NCBI RefSeq assembly: GCF_009914755.1
Contig: NC_060933.1
Source of the DNA: the human T2T-CHM13v2.0 reference genome, Homo sapiens
Length of the DNA: 64,000 bases
Strand: one strand, 5' to 3'
The notes under the pieces are model-generated. The model had not been told where the DNA came from and searched no databases. It saw nothing but the letters and a program-made list of their open reading frames with translations. Position 1 is the stretch's first letter. Every line of letters starts with the position of its first letter. Position numbers and translations under genes: made by a program. Shown piece after piece: positions 43,953 through 64,000 of the stretch.

Positions 43953-44421
43953 AGGGAGATGAGCATCTGTGGATTTGGGTATCTGAGAGGGGTCCTGGGA
44001 CCCTCAGTATCCTTGGGGACATGGATACTGAGTGATAACTCTTACTATGAAAATAATCTTGACATCACGGACCCCATAAAAGGATCACAGGGACTCTTAA
44101 GAGGACCTGGGCCAAACTTTGAGAACCTCTGCCTTGGAAAAATGGCTAACCCCAGGCCTGGGTCGGATTAGGAAACGTAAAGAAAGCCTGGAACATCTTA
44201 TCATGTCGGAAAGCAGGGAAGTTTTAAAGGCCAGTAGGGTTATGTCAAAAGGATTTGGGAGCCAACTTAAATAGGTTCCCACTGGTTAAAGATGGGAAAA
44301 TTTGAGCATCGACAAGTATAATAACTTCAGTGGATTGAAAAATATCAAATATATTCACATACATGAATTCATAATGATTTTTTAAAACCTCACTTGTCAC
44401 CTTTGGATGATGTTAGGGAAC

Positions 44422-45835
44422 TGTGATGTTGTAAAACAGATATTTGGTCTTCTTCCCATTTCCTGGCACATAGCTTCTAAAATCCTTGGAATCTCCAAAG
44501 TGATGTGTCTTTTTGTATGCTAATGATTCATGACTGGCTTTCCCTGGATAGCCTCAGGATAAGAATTGGTCACTGGAAACAATAAGGCATAATTACAGGG
44601 TTGGGGCTTCCAGCCCCAACACCTCAACTTTTGGTGAGGAGAGAGGGCCTGAAGGTTGAGTTCATTACCAATGGCCAATAATTTAATCAGTCATGCCTGT
44701 GTAATGAAGCTTCCATAAAAATCCAAAAAGACTGGATAGCTGAACATATGGAGGTTCCTGGAGGGTGGCAGAGACGGCATGGAAACTCCACACCCCTTCC
44801 CACATACCTTGCTGTGTGCACCTGTTCCATCTGACTGTTCTTCTGTAGCCTTTGTAATATCTTTTACAATAATAAGCCAGAAAACGTGTTTTCCTGAGTT
44901 CTGTGAATTGTCCGAACAAATTAATAAAGCCAGAGCAGGGCGGTCATAGAAACCCAATTTATAGCCGATTGGACAGAAATATGGGTGAGAACTTGTTACT
45001 TCAGATCTGAAGTGGGAAGAACTCTTGTGGGGCTGAGCCCTCAACCTGTGGGTTCTGATGCTATTGTCAAAGGTGTGTGAATCAGAGCAACTCCATCTCA
45101 AATAGCTGGGTAAAATGAGGCTGAAACCCACTGGGCTGCATTCCCAGATGGTTAAGGCATTCTAAGTCACAGGATGAAATGGAAGATCAGCACAAAATAC
45201 AGGTCATAAAGACCTTGGTGATAAAACAGGTTGCAGTAAAGGAGTGGGCCAAAATCCACCAAAACCAAAATAGCGACAAGACTGACCTCTGGTCATCCTT
45301 ACTGGACACTCCCACCAGCACCATGACGGTTGACAAATGCCATAGCAACGTCAGGAAGTTACCCTATATGGTCTACAAAGGGGAGGCATGAATAATCCAC
45401 CCCTTGTTTAGCATATCATCAAGAAATAGCCATTAAAAATGGGCAACCAGCAGCCCTCAGGGTTGCTCTGACTATGGAATAGCCATTCTTTTATTCCTTT
45501 ACTTTCTTAATAAACTTCCTTTCACTTTGCACTGCGAACTTGCCCTGAATTCTTTCTTGCACGAGATCCAAGAACCCTCTCTCGGGTCTGGATTGGGACC
45601 TCTTTCCTGTAACATATTTCTCTGTCCTGCAACACTGTCTCCAGGTAGATAGTGTCAGAACTGAATTGAATTAGAGGACACCCAGCTAGTGTCTCCTGCA
45701 GAATTGATTGCTTGCTTGAGGTCGGCTGGTCAGGGGACGGGGAGGGGAGGAGAACACCCCTGCTTCTGGTGTCAGAAGTGGGTTGTGAGACTATAGTGTG
45801 AGAAACTGAATTTGTTTTTCCTCTCTATTCTTCAG
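44422..45835 (+). mobile_element. MER21-like LTR interrupted by MER41
   Basis: Motifs CTAAAATCCTTGGAATCTCC and TTCCTGAGTTCTGTGA; resumes after 45634 with CTCCAGGTAGATAGTGTCAGAA. Confidence 0.6.
45065..45634 (+). mobile_element. MER41 (A-like) LTR
   Basis: TGTCA..GGTGTGTGAA.CAGAGCAACTCCATCT start and ...CTTTCCTGTAACA end; TSD CTAT/CTGT. Confidence 0.8.
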
Positions 45836-47001
45836 AAGAACTAACTCGTTTTGAAAACTGGCAAGGAAAAAAAATCAAGCATTTTTCTAGGCTCTCTATA
45901 CAAATTGCATCTTAAAGTAATAAAATGATTCATGAGGGGAAATTTCTTCAAAGAATCATTAAAAAGCTAATGAAAGAAAAGGGGATGGCACAGTTAGAAT
46001 ATCACCATTTTGCAACTGTTAAAGTTTATTAATAAATCAATGCAGTGCTTTATCCGTCAATAGCTGCAAACATCTCAAAAAGGGACCAACTGCGCCTCCT
46101 GGTGGAAAGCTGCCTCATTGCCTGTGAAGTTGCCTTGCCAAACATTGAACCTGAATCTGATCAAGTTTCTAGATCTAACTAGTTATTTAATAACAGAGGA
46201 GCTCCTTATACAACACCAAAATGATACATTGAGATAAATCTAGATTGTAGGAACTGCATATAAGTGATTCGGTTTCTTATAAAATATATTGAGTAAAAAG
46301 AAAGGAGAGAGAGGAGAATCCATAGATTAAAAGAGACAGAGGGAAATTTAAACATTACCTCGATATATTAGGGAATTGTCATTAATTTTTTTGTGTATGA
46401 TGATTTGTGGTTATATTTTTGAAAGGAAGTTCTAATCTCTTAGAGATCTCTTCTGAAATATTTATAGATGAAAGGGTAAGAGGTCTGAAGTTTACTTCTG
46501 AATAATTGAGAAAGGAGGAAGAAGGCATAGAGAAATAAGACTAGTAATAAGTTGGCAACTGTTGAAGCTATCTGATAGCTAAATGGGGGCTTATTATAGT
46601 CTCTCATATACTATTTTGTAAATATTTAAAAATATTCTAAATAAAAAAATTTTTTAATTATGCCTTGAGGCTGGGCACAGTGGCTAATCTCATTGCTTTG
46701 GGAGGCTGAGACAGGAGGATTCTGTAAGCCCAGGAGTTCGAGACCAGCCTAGGCAACATACTAAGACCCGCCCCCCCACCCCCCACCAAAAAAAAATGCC
46801 TTGAAGTAGTAACTAAACTGTGTATTTAAACTATTACTAATCCTCAGTCTGTCTTATTACATTTTGGACTAAAATTTTGCAAACTACTTACATTGGAACT
46901 CTCAACTTTGTTATGGTGAGATCTGAACAATTGATACTAAAGGGAGAGTAAGCCCCTGAGTGCTTAAACATCACAGGAAATACTATATTTAGGTTCCCAA
47001 T

Positions 47002-47545
47002 TGTTACCGAGTGCAGGCTCAGCTGCTCACCACTTGCAAAGCCAATAACAAAGATGAACTACAGCTAAAGGAAAGTTACTTTATTCCAGAGCTAGCAGTG
47101 GAAAAATGGCCAAAGCTAGTGCCTTAAAGAAACCGTTTCAGCTTTCTAGGTCAAGGGTAAAGGCTAAAGGGGAGTTTGGTATGATGGGCATGCAGGAGTG
47201 GTGATAGGGGTCAGCCTATGTGACTTGTTCTGATGACTATCTTGAGCTGTTGCCCCATCTGGTGTGTGGGCTAGTGCCATCTCTGGGACAGCCAGGTTGC
47301 AAATTAACTGCAGCCTTGAAGTAATCTCCAGGTGGGGGAGAATCCCACAGTAGACTGAATTGCTTTAAGATTTAGTCTCTGGAACTTCTAAACAAACACG
47401 TAATTAGATAAGGGAAACACTGTGCAAAGGGGTGCCTGGGAGAAAGAGTGAGAGCAAAGACTATTATCTCATTGTTAAAGGCAAGACAAGGAACGGGCAG
47501 GAAAGAGAGAGAGAAAAACTTTTAAAAACAGGACACTTAGTTACA
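47002..47545 (-). mobile_element. Solo ERV1 LTR, MER31-like
   Basis: TG...CA termini, perfect TSD CAAT; similar to 42849-43434. Confidence 0.65.
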
Positions 47546-48436
47546 CAATGAGTCATTTGATAACCCAAATGTTTCCTTTGCGAGTGGAGTTAAATACATT
47601 TAGTATTTCTTGAATTTGGAACCATCATTCTGGCTTACTCTGGGAAATTACTACATCCTCCCCACTCCCCACCACTACCACATTTGAAAATAAACATAAA
47701 TAAAATCAATATTGCTTAGAAAAATATACCACTGGCTACTGATGACCACATTTCCATCCTTTCTCACTTATCTCTGGCTGTGAAACTCATGAGGCTGAGT
47801 TGAATAAAAAGGGAGCAGTGAGAGACCGTGTTCAGCTTAGCACAAGCAGAAAATGTGGACTCACAAATTCAGATAGTCTGCAAGACCTGGGTAACTACTG
47901 GAGACATTCCCACCAGAGGGCACTCTAACTTGCTGAAAAATTAGAAATACAGGTAAATTGCATTTTATCTAAGGCCTCAGTAACCAGCCCACAAAACTCA
48001 AAGGAGCTAAAGCACAGTGGGCAGGGAAGAGATGGGGCCAGGAAATAAGATGAGGAGGTGTCTTCTGTCAGTAAGGTTATGTCTTAAACTTTGGATCTGT
48101 CTAATAAGGGTCTACACCTCCAGCTATGTTTTTAAAAGCCAGTAGGGTGCTTCATTTGTCCCCTGGCAGAGTGTACTAATTGGGGCACACAGGCCGTGGA
48201 TTTCAGAGGCTGTGGAGAGAAGACAGCTTTGAGTGCAAGACCTCCCCGTCAGACTGAGTCTGCAACCAGGAATGGAGATGGGAGTTCCACATCCAAGTTC
48301 CCTTTCCATTGTTCAGTCAAAAATTTAAGAGCCTTTGTCCTATCTTCATTTTAAGCACCATTTGTCCCACATAATTGAAAAAAAAATTAATTCCTCCAGA
48401 AATCCCTTTATCTCCCTGTAAGATTCTTTTTTTAGC

Positions 48437-48467
<31 letters not shown>

Positions 48468-48961
48468 AAATATATATATATAGCTTCACCCAACCACACA
48501 AGACATTATTATTTTCAAGGGGACAAGGAGGCAAACTTGCTCATGTTGATCAGAAAAATCTGTGAAGATGCACAAGCGAGGGCATTCTCTTACAAATCCC
48601 TACTGTGGAATTTTCTGGTCAGTGTTTTGGAGATACACAGAAACTAATGGCATCAGCAATTCATGGTGGAGTTTGCTACTTATAGGGCAGACGGTCACAC
48701 ACAGTGTACCAGAGACGGAGTTTTGAGCTGCACCTTTAGTTGAATATTAGTTTCCATCTGGGGAGCACAATGGGCTTGACTACCACTGTCTTCTTATCCT
48801 TCTGATATTAGTAGAGCAGAATCACTTGTCTGACGTCTTAAACATTTAGTAGTCTAAAACAATATTCATTTGCTCAAATTTGACTTCTAGTTGGACCCCA
48901 GCGCTCTCAGTGGCAAGTGGTGCGGTGCCAGTGAAACTCTCTTCAGAAAGAGCAACTGATT

Positions 48962-49354
<393 letters not shown>

Positions 49355-50259
49355 TCAATGATGATTTTAAAACTCTGGCGTGAGTATATTCTAGATCACT
49401 TGGATAACCACCTTATAACCAAATACCCAAACCGTATGAGTGTTTACAATTATGTGGGAGCCAAGAGGAGGCCCTGTAATGTTCTGGCACTTTATATGAA
49501 TAAAGGTTTCATAGTCGTTCAGATGTAGGGAGGTAGTGAAGACAGTCACCTCGTAGCACACTTCACATGACACTTCCTTTAGTAGGTGAGGTAATAAATA
49601 GGCCAAATGGAAAAGCATTTATTATGACTTTTAATTGTTCTAATATTTTATTACTATCGCAACTTGGAGGGTGCTATGAAGCAGATCAGCTCTTCAAAAC
49701 AATGAATTGGTTCAAATGATTGTCATTATTTAAAAGGAAAAATAGAAAAATGCCCGTGACTCAAATAATGTTCCAGTGTGTTCAAAGTCAATGCAATACA
49801 CAATGAAGCATAAAATCTCCAAATGCATCTTTCCACTATTCAACCCATACCATTGTTTTTGTTTTATGAAAACATTATTCCTTGAATTTTATTAGTTTTA
49901 TGCTTTTGTTTGCACTTAACTTGAAAATTAATTTCAGTTTTATAGTTGAAACAAACTATACACTGAGTGTATATGTAATTTGATGATTATGAACACTTAA
50001 AGGAATAAAAATAATTTAACACTGGAGATATGCAATAATTTTTTGCTCCTCTAAAAGGGATTATTATATTATTTAACTTTGAAAAACACTGTTATAACAT
50101 CATATAAGTTTATTTTTTCTATAAAGTTATTAATAATCAACAGGGAATAAACTAAAGAAAACCAGAGTAGGCATATAATCAAAAGCTCAGCTGCACTGCC
50201 TTTTAGGGACTAGAATGACAACTAACTTTGTAGGATCTAATATTTTTTTCAAAACACAT

Positions 50260-51445
<1,186 letters not shown>

Positions 51446-51889
51446 AGATCTAGTATTCTTAGATGTAAGAGATTATTCTTTAATTTCAACCTAGTAAATT
51501 ACATTTCATAATGATGCATCTCATGGAATCTCAGAGGTCAAGTGTTTAAGCCTAAAATTTTCTAAAGTCTTCCAGAAAGGTATGTTTTCTTTTTGTTCTT
51601 CCTTTCCTTCTTTTCTCTTTTCCCACCGTGAGTAACTAATTTTGTCTTTTTTTCTCCTTAGTTTTAGTTGATTTTCTTGGTTGAAAGATGGCTTTTGGAG
51701 GGAAAAAAAGTGGGATCTGAATCATTTCAACTGATTATAATACAAATTTACATGGTAATTGATACAATTTGCCTTCATTTTTTACTTCATAGACGTGACT
51801 TAAGAGTCTTAAAAGTCTTCACTATTAGTAAAATGTACTGTTGAGCATTGTATATAAATGCGGCTGTCTTCTGTTTATGCTTCCAAAAT

Positions 51890-53377
51890 AATTTCTTTCA
51901 AAATTGGAGTCAATCCTCTCAAACCATGCTGCTGCTTTATCAACTAAGTTTATGTAACACTTGACATCCTTTGCTGTCATTTCAACAATGTTCATAGCAT
52001 CTTTACCAGGAACAGTTTCCATCTCAAGAAACCACTTTCTTTGCTTATCCAGAAGAAGCAACTTCTCATCTACCAAGCTTTATCATGAGATTGAGGCACT
52101 TCAGTCACATCTTCAGGCTCCAGTTCTAATTCTAGTTCTCTTGCTATAGCCACCACATCTGCAGTTACTTCCTCCACTGAAGTCTTGAACCCCTCAAAGT
52201 CATTCATGAGAGTTGAAATCAACTTCTTCCAAACTCCTGTTCATGTTGATACTTTGACTTCCTCCCATGAATCACAAATCTTCTTAATGGCATATAGGAC
52301 AGTAAATTCCTTCCCAGAAGGTTTTCAATTTACTTTGCCCAGATCCATCAGAGAAATCACTATCTATGACAGCTGTAGCCTTACGAAATGTATTTCTTAA
52401 AGAATAAGACTTGAAAGTTGAAATTACTCCTTGATCCATGAGCTGCAGAATGGATGCTGTGTTTGAAGGCATAAATACAACATTCATTTCTTTGTACATC
52501 TCCATCAGAGCTCTTGGGTGACAAGGTGCATTGTCAATGAGCAGTAATGTTTTGAAAGAAGTCTCTTTTTCTAAGCAGTAGTTCTCAACAGTGGGCTTAA
52601 AATATTCAGTAAACCATGCTGTAAACAGATGTGCTGTCATCCAGGCTTTGTTGTTCCATTTATAGATCACAACCAGAGTAGACTGAGCAAAATTCTTAAG
52701 GGCTTTTTAGGGATTTTCAGAATGGTAATTAGCAATGGCTTCCACTTAAAGTCTCCAGCTACATTCGCCCCTAACAAGAGAGTCAGCCTATCCTTTGAAG
52801 CATTGAAGCCAGGCATTGACTTCTCTCTAGCTATAAAAGTCCTAGATGGCATCTTCTTCCAATATAAAACTGTTTGGTCTACAATGAAAATCTGTTGTTC
52901 AGTGTAGCCAACTTCATCACAGATCTTAGCTACATCTTCTGGTTAACTCGCTGCAGCTTCTACATCAGCACTTGCTGCTTCACCTTGCACTTTTGTTATG
53001 GAGAGGGCTTCTTTCCTTAAACCTAATGAACCAATGGAGAAACAGCCAGTTGGTGGAGCAGTCAGAACCCACAGAACCTTTATCAATTAAGTTTGCCATC
53101 TTCTATGGGTGCGGTTCATTGCACCACAAAACAATTAGAATAGTAACAACAAAGATTACTATGAAAGATCACCATACCAGATATAATAATGAAATAGACT
53201 GAAACATTGCAAGAATCACCAACGGGTGACACACAGACATGAAGTGAGCATATGCTGTTGGAAAAATGGTGCGGATAGACTTGCTTGCCATACAATTGCC
53301 ACAAACCATTAATTTGTAAAACATGCAACTTATGTGAAGTGTCATAAAGTGAAGCACGATACAACAAGGTATGCCTG
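51890..53377 (-). mobile_element. Tigger1 fragment with a decayed pogo-family transposase
   Basis: TIR AGGTATGCCTG ending at 53377. Peptides [28 protein letters not shown] and [22 protein letters not shown] (DDE domain) are frameshifted. Confidence 0.88.
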
Positions 53378-53422
53378 CATTTGACCCAGGAACTCTGGCC
53401 TGTAGCTTCAAATCAAAATCCC

Positions 53423-53765
<343 letters not shown>

Positions 53766-56236
53766 TTATTTTGCCTACACCACTTAATTTCACCCTCTTC
53801 CCCTACCTCAACCCTACATTATGGAGCAATTGCATTTCTGTCCTTCAAAAATATCACCGTATTCACTACCGTCTCCTTGAGTTCTTCCTATCTGCCAGCA
53901 GAGAGTCTTACCCAAGTCCTACTGCCTCTGTAAACTTTGACCTCCGTGGCTCAGTGATTTTTGCTTCTTTTGCCCATCTAAAGGCTTCTTTGTCTGTTAA
54001 ACCTATGCCAAGTTTTGCTTTCACAAATGGCTCAGTTGAAAAATTTATTCAACATCCCACTCTGCATAGCTTGAATATACCTGAAATAGCTATTATTTGG
54101 AAACAGGCACATCCATATCTTTGCAGGACATCTTGGAATAGAGTTCATTAAGAAGTTTAATTAGCAGGAAATGATGTATGATAACATTAGTAAATGTCTG
54201 GTGGCTAAACTGACAAGGCCCTGTTTCCAAACTTCCCATGTGGTGAACACCTCACACTGCACTCACCATGGCTAAAGCTGTGGGAAGCACCTCTTTTCAA
54301 GCCTCATCATTTCCAGCCACAGCCTGCCTCTGACTCCACAAGAGCAAACTCTGTCAAACAGAGTGTTGTGGTTTTACTTACAGCTGTTCTGCTGGATGTT
54401 TTCAGTATTTATAAACCATGTGCTTGCTCTTAAAACTTGCAGAAAAGAGTTCAAATGCTCACATGTGTCTCTGAAGAAAATCATTGCCTTTCTCTCCTAT
54501 TATCTTCTTTCTTTCTCCCAGTTTCTTCTCTCCTGTCTTAATCAGGGTAATTAACAGATAACTCCAAATTTTCATTGGCCTAAAATGATAAAAGTGTATT
54601 TCATGTCCCCATCACAGTCTATTGCAGGTTATGGGGATTATGGTGTAGGATTAGGCTCTACTCAGACATTCAAGGACGCAGGATGATAAAGGGTCCCATG
54701 GTCTGCCTGAGCAATGACATCCACCAGATGTGGGTGGGGAGGGGAGACAAAAAAAATGGGGGACGATGTTGGATATTTTAGGAGCTAGAACTGCAAGTCT
54801 CCCATCCACATTCTATTTGCCAGAACTCAGTCACAGGGCCCCACCTAACTGCAGGGAATGCTGGAAAATGTAATTTAGCTATGTTTTTGGGAAAAGAACA
54901 AAATGAGTTTGATGAACAAACCCTTCATTCCATTTGGCTAGGGAGAGGTTTATATATACGCTTCCTTGGAGGGCTAAGGAAGGGTATATGCAACCAGTCC
55001 ACAGAAACATCCTTTGACATCTCATACATGCCAACAATGTGTTTGATGGGTCATACACAGTCCAGTTACATCTGTAACAAACATCTAGATCCTATATAAT
55101 ATACCGTCTTGTATAAATCTTGGATCGTCTCACATATACATTTGTTAATTCTTCAATGAGACTTCACAGTTGAGGGGGTGGCAGTGAGAGGAGACAAGCT
55201 AGAAAGGGCTGTTTTCCATAGGAAGGGAAAAAAGAAAACAACTTAGTTTTAGAAACTTAATTGAATGTATATCCACAGAACACGATATTACAAAATTAAT
55301 CAGTGCGGAAAGTTGAGTGGAAAGATACTTATTTCTGAGCAAAAGATTGTATTGGGGACAGTTAATTTGGGTCTAGAGGCATGAAAACGCATATTTTAAA
55401 GACTCAAATGTAAGGTCTTAAAGGATGCACTCATAGTTTCACAATTAGGAGATTCCACTAGATGGCCCTGTTTCAAAGTGCTACAAAGCTGGAGATGTAC
55501 AGCTTCCTGGTAACTGCAACTCTCAGACCTTTTCAAGTATTTAGGGCACTTTGTTATCAACTGTAGTTGATTTTTCTAAAATACTATTGATGTGGCAAAT
55601 TTCATCGTTTAGTATGACATGGAAATGTTTTGGTAAAAGAATTTAGCCCAAAGTTTTCTTAACAGAGTATTTCGTTCTGAACAAATCATTTAAAATGAAC
55701 AACCTGCACTGAAATGACAGCCTGTCCCCCAAAGTGCAGAATCAGCAGTGATGTTGCAAGAGTTCAGGAAGAAGCTGGAGCTGTAAATTTCCCTTGCTCC
55801 AAGTGGATTTTAAAGCCAACACAGATTCTGTCCCCCCTCCCTTTTCTAGCTCTATTTTGAGACACACATTTCAAAGTCCTAGGTTATTCCGCTATGTTAT
55901 ATGGATTTTGACAACTCCAAATAAGTCTAAACCACCCAATCAAAATATTTTCTGAAACTAAAATAGGATGATTATAATAAAAAGCTACAAAACCCATATT
56001 TATTAACTAGGGCCTGGTAGTTGTCCTTATTAGACATCTCCAGAATTGCTGACGAGATAGAACAGAGAATGCTAGTGTCTCTTTTTCCTAACTGTGCATT
56101 CATTAATACTGGCATCCTTTGTGTCAGGTATTTGCTCTCAAACCTAAAAGGAAGTTTATCCAATTAAAAATTAAAGACCAATGGTGGGATCTTCCACCAC
56201 TTCTGCTCTCATCATTGCCTCCTGCAAATTTGATAG

Positions 56237-56701
<465 letters not shown>

Positions 56702-57564
56702 TAGATGAGAAATCAGAGTACTACTTTTGGCTAAGATAGTCTCCTACCAGTACTATGGCTATCTAGTTATCTCGGATATTCTGTTGAAAATACCTTCCAT
56801 CCCAGTTCTTCCAGATTTACAGCAGTCATATATTTCCTTATCCACTAAAACCTAAACCAAAAATGTTGCACATTTGTGTGTGCTTTTATCTGTGTGTGGG
56901 AGGTAGAATAAGGAGTCCAGAGAGTTGTGGGATTAAACTTGGCTGAGCTAATATGTATGTAATTCTACCTCTGGCTATGATGAACTACCAGGGACTGGAT
57001 TTACCTTTTTACCCCCAAACAACTAGAAAATCTGACAAAACATATGAAGCAATGGTTTTAAGACGTTGGACAATGTGGGATTATGATCCCCACCAGAGGG
57101 AAATAAATGAAGTGAGCCCTACAATTTCCCCATTTTTCTGCTTGAAGAAGTTTTTAGGTTGCAGTGCAGAAAGAGAAAACCCAAACAGAGCACAGCAGTC
57201 TCAATGAGTTAGAGACTGAAGTTTTAGGAAGCCAAAGCAGCTAGAATTTCCTTCAGAGTGGAGGGAGCTACAGAGGGAGAGAGCAGAGCTCTGAAGTCTT
57301 CCACTCAGTAGTGATCTGTGCATGAGTCAGAGAAAACTACCTGAGGCCAGAGAAAGAAGCCTGAGAAATCACTACAACAAACAATGCCAAGCATGCAAAA
57401 AAGCAGGAAAACAGATCCATAACGAGGAAAAAATAATTGATAGAAAAAAACAAAAATGACAAAGATAATGGAATTAGCAAAGAAGGATGTTTTAAAAAGC
57501 TATTACAAATATGCTCCATATATTCAATAAGTTGGAGGAAAGCAAGAATGATCAGGAGAGGAAT

Positions 57565-58545
57565 GAGACAACCTACAGAATGGGAAAAATTTTTTGCAAT
57601 CTATCTACCTGACAAAAGTCTAATAGCCAGTATATACAAGGAACTTAAGTAAATTTACGAGAAAAAACAAACAACCCCATTAAAAAGTGGGCAAAGGATA
57701 TGAACAGACCCTTCTCAGAAAAGACATACCTGCGGCCAACAAACGTGAAAAAAAGCTCAACATCACTGATCATTAGAGCAATCTAAATCAAAACCACAAT
57801 GAGATATTATCTCACACCAGTCAGAATGGTGATTATTAAAAAGTCAAGAAACAATAGATGCTGGCGAGGTTGCAGAAAAATAGGAACACTTTTACACTGT
57901 TGGTGGGAATGTAAATTAGTTCAACCATTGTGAAAGACACTGTGGCAATTCCTCAAAGATTTAGAACTGGAAATACCATTTTTGATCCAGCAATCTCATT
58001 ACTGGGTATATACCCAAAGGAATAGAAATCATTCTGTTATAAAGATACATGCATGTGTAGGTTCACATGCAGCACTATTCACAATAGCAAAGACATGGAA
58101 TCAACCCAAATACCCATCAGTGATAGACTGGATAAAGAAAATGTGGCACATATACACCATGGAATACTATGCAGCCATAAAAAGGAATGAGATCATTACC
58201 TTTGCAGTGACATAGATGAAACTGGAAGTCATTATCCTTAGCAAACTAACGCAGGAACAGAAAACCAAACACTGCATGTTCTAACTTATAAGTGGGAGCT
58301 GAACAATGAGAACACATGGATACAGGGAGGGGAACAACACTCACTGGGGCCTGTTGGGGGAGGGCAGTGAGGGGAGAGCATTAGGGAAAACAGCTAATGC
58401 ATGCTGGGCTTAACATGTAGGTGATGGGTTGATAGGTGCAGCAAACCACCATAGCACACGTTTACCTATGTAACAAACCTGCACATCCTGTACATGTACC
58501 CCAGAACTTAAAAATAATAATAATAAAAACAACAACAAAAACACA
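57565..58545 (+). mobile_element. 5'-truncated primate L1 (ORF2 C-terminus + 3' UTR)
   Basis: Peptide AALFTIAKTWNQPKYPSVIDWIKKMWHIYTMEYYAAIK, G-rich 3' UTR and A-rich tail. Confidence 0.9.
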
Positions 58546-58549
58546 TAAA

Positions 58550-61850
<3,301 letters not shown>

Positions 61851-63695
61851 ATATAGAATGTCAAAAACCCACAAGGTAAATTGCATAAGAATGGTGACAA
61901 AACATACATATATTCTTTGGATTTCTAATGCTGAGTTCCCGAAACAACTGAAGTCTTTAATCAGACAGGCACTAAGTAGCTACCATTTAGTTAGGGAAAG
62001 CATAGAGTGAACTGAATAACCAAGGTACAAAGGGTACCCAGGTATGTGACCTACTTCAGACCAGTGGGATTGGGAGGGTGAGGAAAGATGTGAATTAGGC
62101 CTTGGTGCTAAGATAAGCATCTCCCAAACAGTTCCACAAAGCAAGTTAATTTGTGGTTTCCATTTGATCAACACAGAGCTCTGGAGCACTTTCTGTGAGT
62201 CAGGCAAAGAGTGTCAGCCCCTAGACAAAAATAAGATGAGGCATGTGTCCTTAAGGGCAAAACCAGGATTGCAATACAAAATGATCAGGGCAAACTGCTA
62301 CTGAAATGTAGAGAAGAATCTACCTATTCATGTTTTTAAAAACATTTATTGAGTACTAATTCTATTCCAGGCACTGTGTTAGTTTCTTTGAATGAAATTA
62401 GTTGACAAAATAGCCACAGAACTTCCTCTCTGGAAGACAAGGCAGCCATTAATCAAAGAGTCACACTGTACTCATCAGGATCCTTGGTTGTAAAAATGAA
62501 ACTAAGTCTGGTCAAGTTAAGAAGAAAAATAACTTGATGGAAGAGTATCAGATGGCTTACGGCATTCACAGAAATGTCAAAGAATCAGACTAAGGCAGGA
62601 ACCAAAGAAGGCTATGCACAGCCAAGACTCTGCTGCAGGAACTAATACCTGCCCTGATGGGGACATGACTGTTGGACATTCACCACTGCCATCCCCGGAC
62701 ACTTGCCACTGTGACACTGGACTCTCAACTCTGCCCAACCAAGAAAAATCTCTAATCAGCCCTGTGCTTTTGCAGCATTTCCTAAGACTTATTTGCTTGT
62801 TCAGGCTAAGATCATGTGCCTGCCTGAATGTGGGAAGACGAAATGGCCTTCTTCCTCCTTGAGGTTTTGTAGTAGGAAGCAGGGTCTTAGTTAATTAGGT
62901 GAAGAGGAGAGGAGAATGTTCCAAGCAGAGGAAACCACACGTTCCAAGTTCCTGTGGTGGAAGAGAACATGATATGTATACCAGGCACTGAAATAGGATG
63001 GACTATGCCACACCATAAAAGCCATGTTAGGGGGCTTTGACTTTATTCCAAGGGCAATGAGAAGCCATTGTGGGATGTTAAGTAGGGAGTGACATATTGA
63101 TCTGTGTGTCAAAAAGATTACTCTGCACTCTGGAGAACAAATTGGAAGTTACAAGAAATGAAATCAGAAAGATCAGGTACTTGGCTGCTCCAATGGTCCA
63201 GGGCAGAGGTTAAATGGTAGCTTTGACTAAATTGGTGGCAGTGGAAGTGGAGAGATGAGGACAGAGTCAAGAGCTATTTAGAAGGTACATAGGCCAGGAT
63301 GTGATGATAATCAGATATGGGAAGTGAGACAGCAGTGGATCTAGGGTGACACCTAAGGTTCTGACTTGCATAACTGGATGAAGGGTGATTCCAATCACTA
63401 GGATGGGGAAACTGGAAGAGGGCTAGCTTGGAGAGAAGAACCCAAGTTTTAGTATTAGCTCCATCTAATTTGAGATGGCTTGAGACATCCAAAAAACAAT
63501 GTCAACTAAGTGAGAACCTCAGCTTAAATGAGTTTACCAAAAATAAGTGGGGATGGCTCACAAAGTGCAAGTAAAATAAAAAATCATGGAGGTAGGTAAT
63601 CAGATACAGCCGGAGCCAAGAGTTGAAAGAATATTAATGTGACTCATTTCCTCTCCTCGTTGCTCTGAAAAAGCAGTATTAGTCCATTAAAATGA

Positions 63696-64000
<305 letters not shown>

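Larger units (their letters stand above)
42343..44131. mobile_element. hAT-Charlie-like MITE containing a MER2/Tigger3-like MITE (about 42686-44040)
   Basis: TIRs CAGCAGTTCTCAAA / TTTGAGAACCTCTG. The MER2-like body (CTAGAGATGATTTAAAGTATA...) is split by two LTRs. Confidence 0.6.

Noticed and set aside
45370-45405. MER41 as a STAT1/interferon-gamma-inducible enhancer
   Set aside because: This copy goes directly from AAAGGGGAGG to CATGAATAATCC and lacks the tandem GAS (TTCCGGGAA-type) segment of MER41B.
52284-52852. Tigger transposase ORFs as a domesticated TIGD-like gene
   Set aside because: Frameshifted, internally deleted and lacking the N-terminal DNA-binding region.

Overview
Human-type genomic DNA, dense in Alu, L1, LTR and Tigger repeats. 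I recognise it from its proteins as the TOPORS - SMIM27 (TOPORS-AS1) - NDUFB6 locus (chr9p21). Three spliced protein-coding genes can be rebuilt base by base. TOPORS is on the minus strand with 3 coding exons and 1045 aa (RING ubiquitin/SUMO ligase). SMIM27 is on the plus strand with 2 exons and encodes a 55-aa membrane microprotein that the ORF track misses. NDUFB6 is on the minus strand with 4 exons and 128 aa (complex I subunit). A processed DFFB (CAD nuclease) pseudogene with a 13-bp target-site duplication (TSD) sits inside a Tigger1 in NDUFB6 intron 2. The most striking structure is at 18593-18650. The TOPORS and SMIM27 start codons overlap on opposite strands in one CATG palindrome. The TOPORS splice-donor +2 base is also the SMIM27 Kozak -3 A. 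Each gene's promoter appears to lie in the other's first intron, and SMIM27's 3' end faces a distal minus-strand poly(A) signal, probably NDUFB6's. All introns of all three genes are phase 0. The right third is intergenic, with nested repeats and four CTCF-like motifs in divergent orientation. No tRNA, rRNA or CRISPR array was seen. Repeat family names come from memory of consensus sequences and repeat boundaries are approximate. Novelty cannot be verified without literature and database searches.
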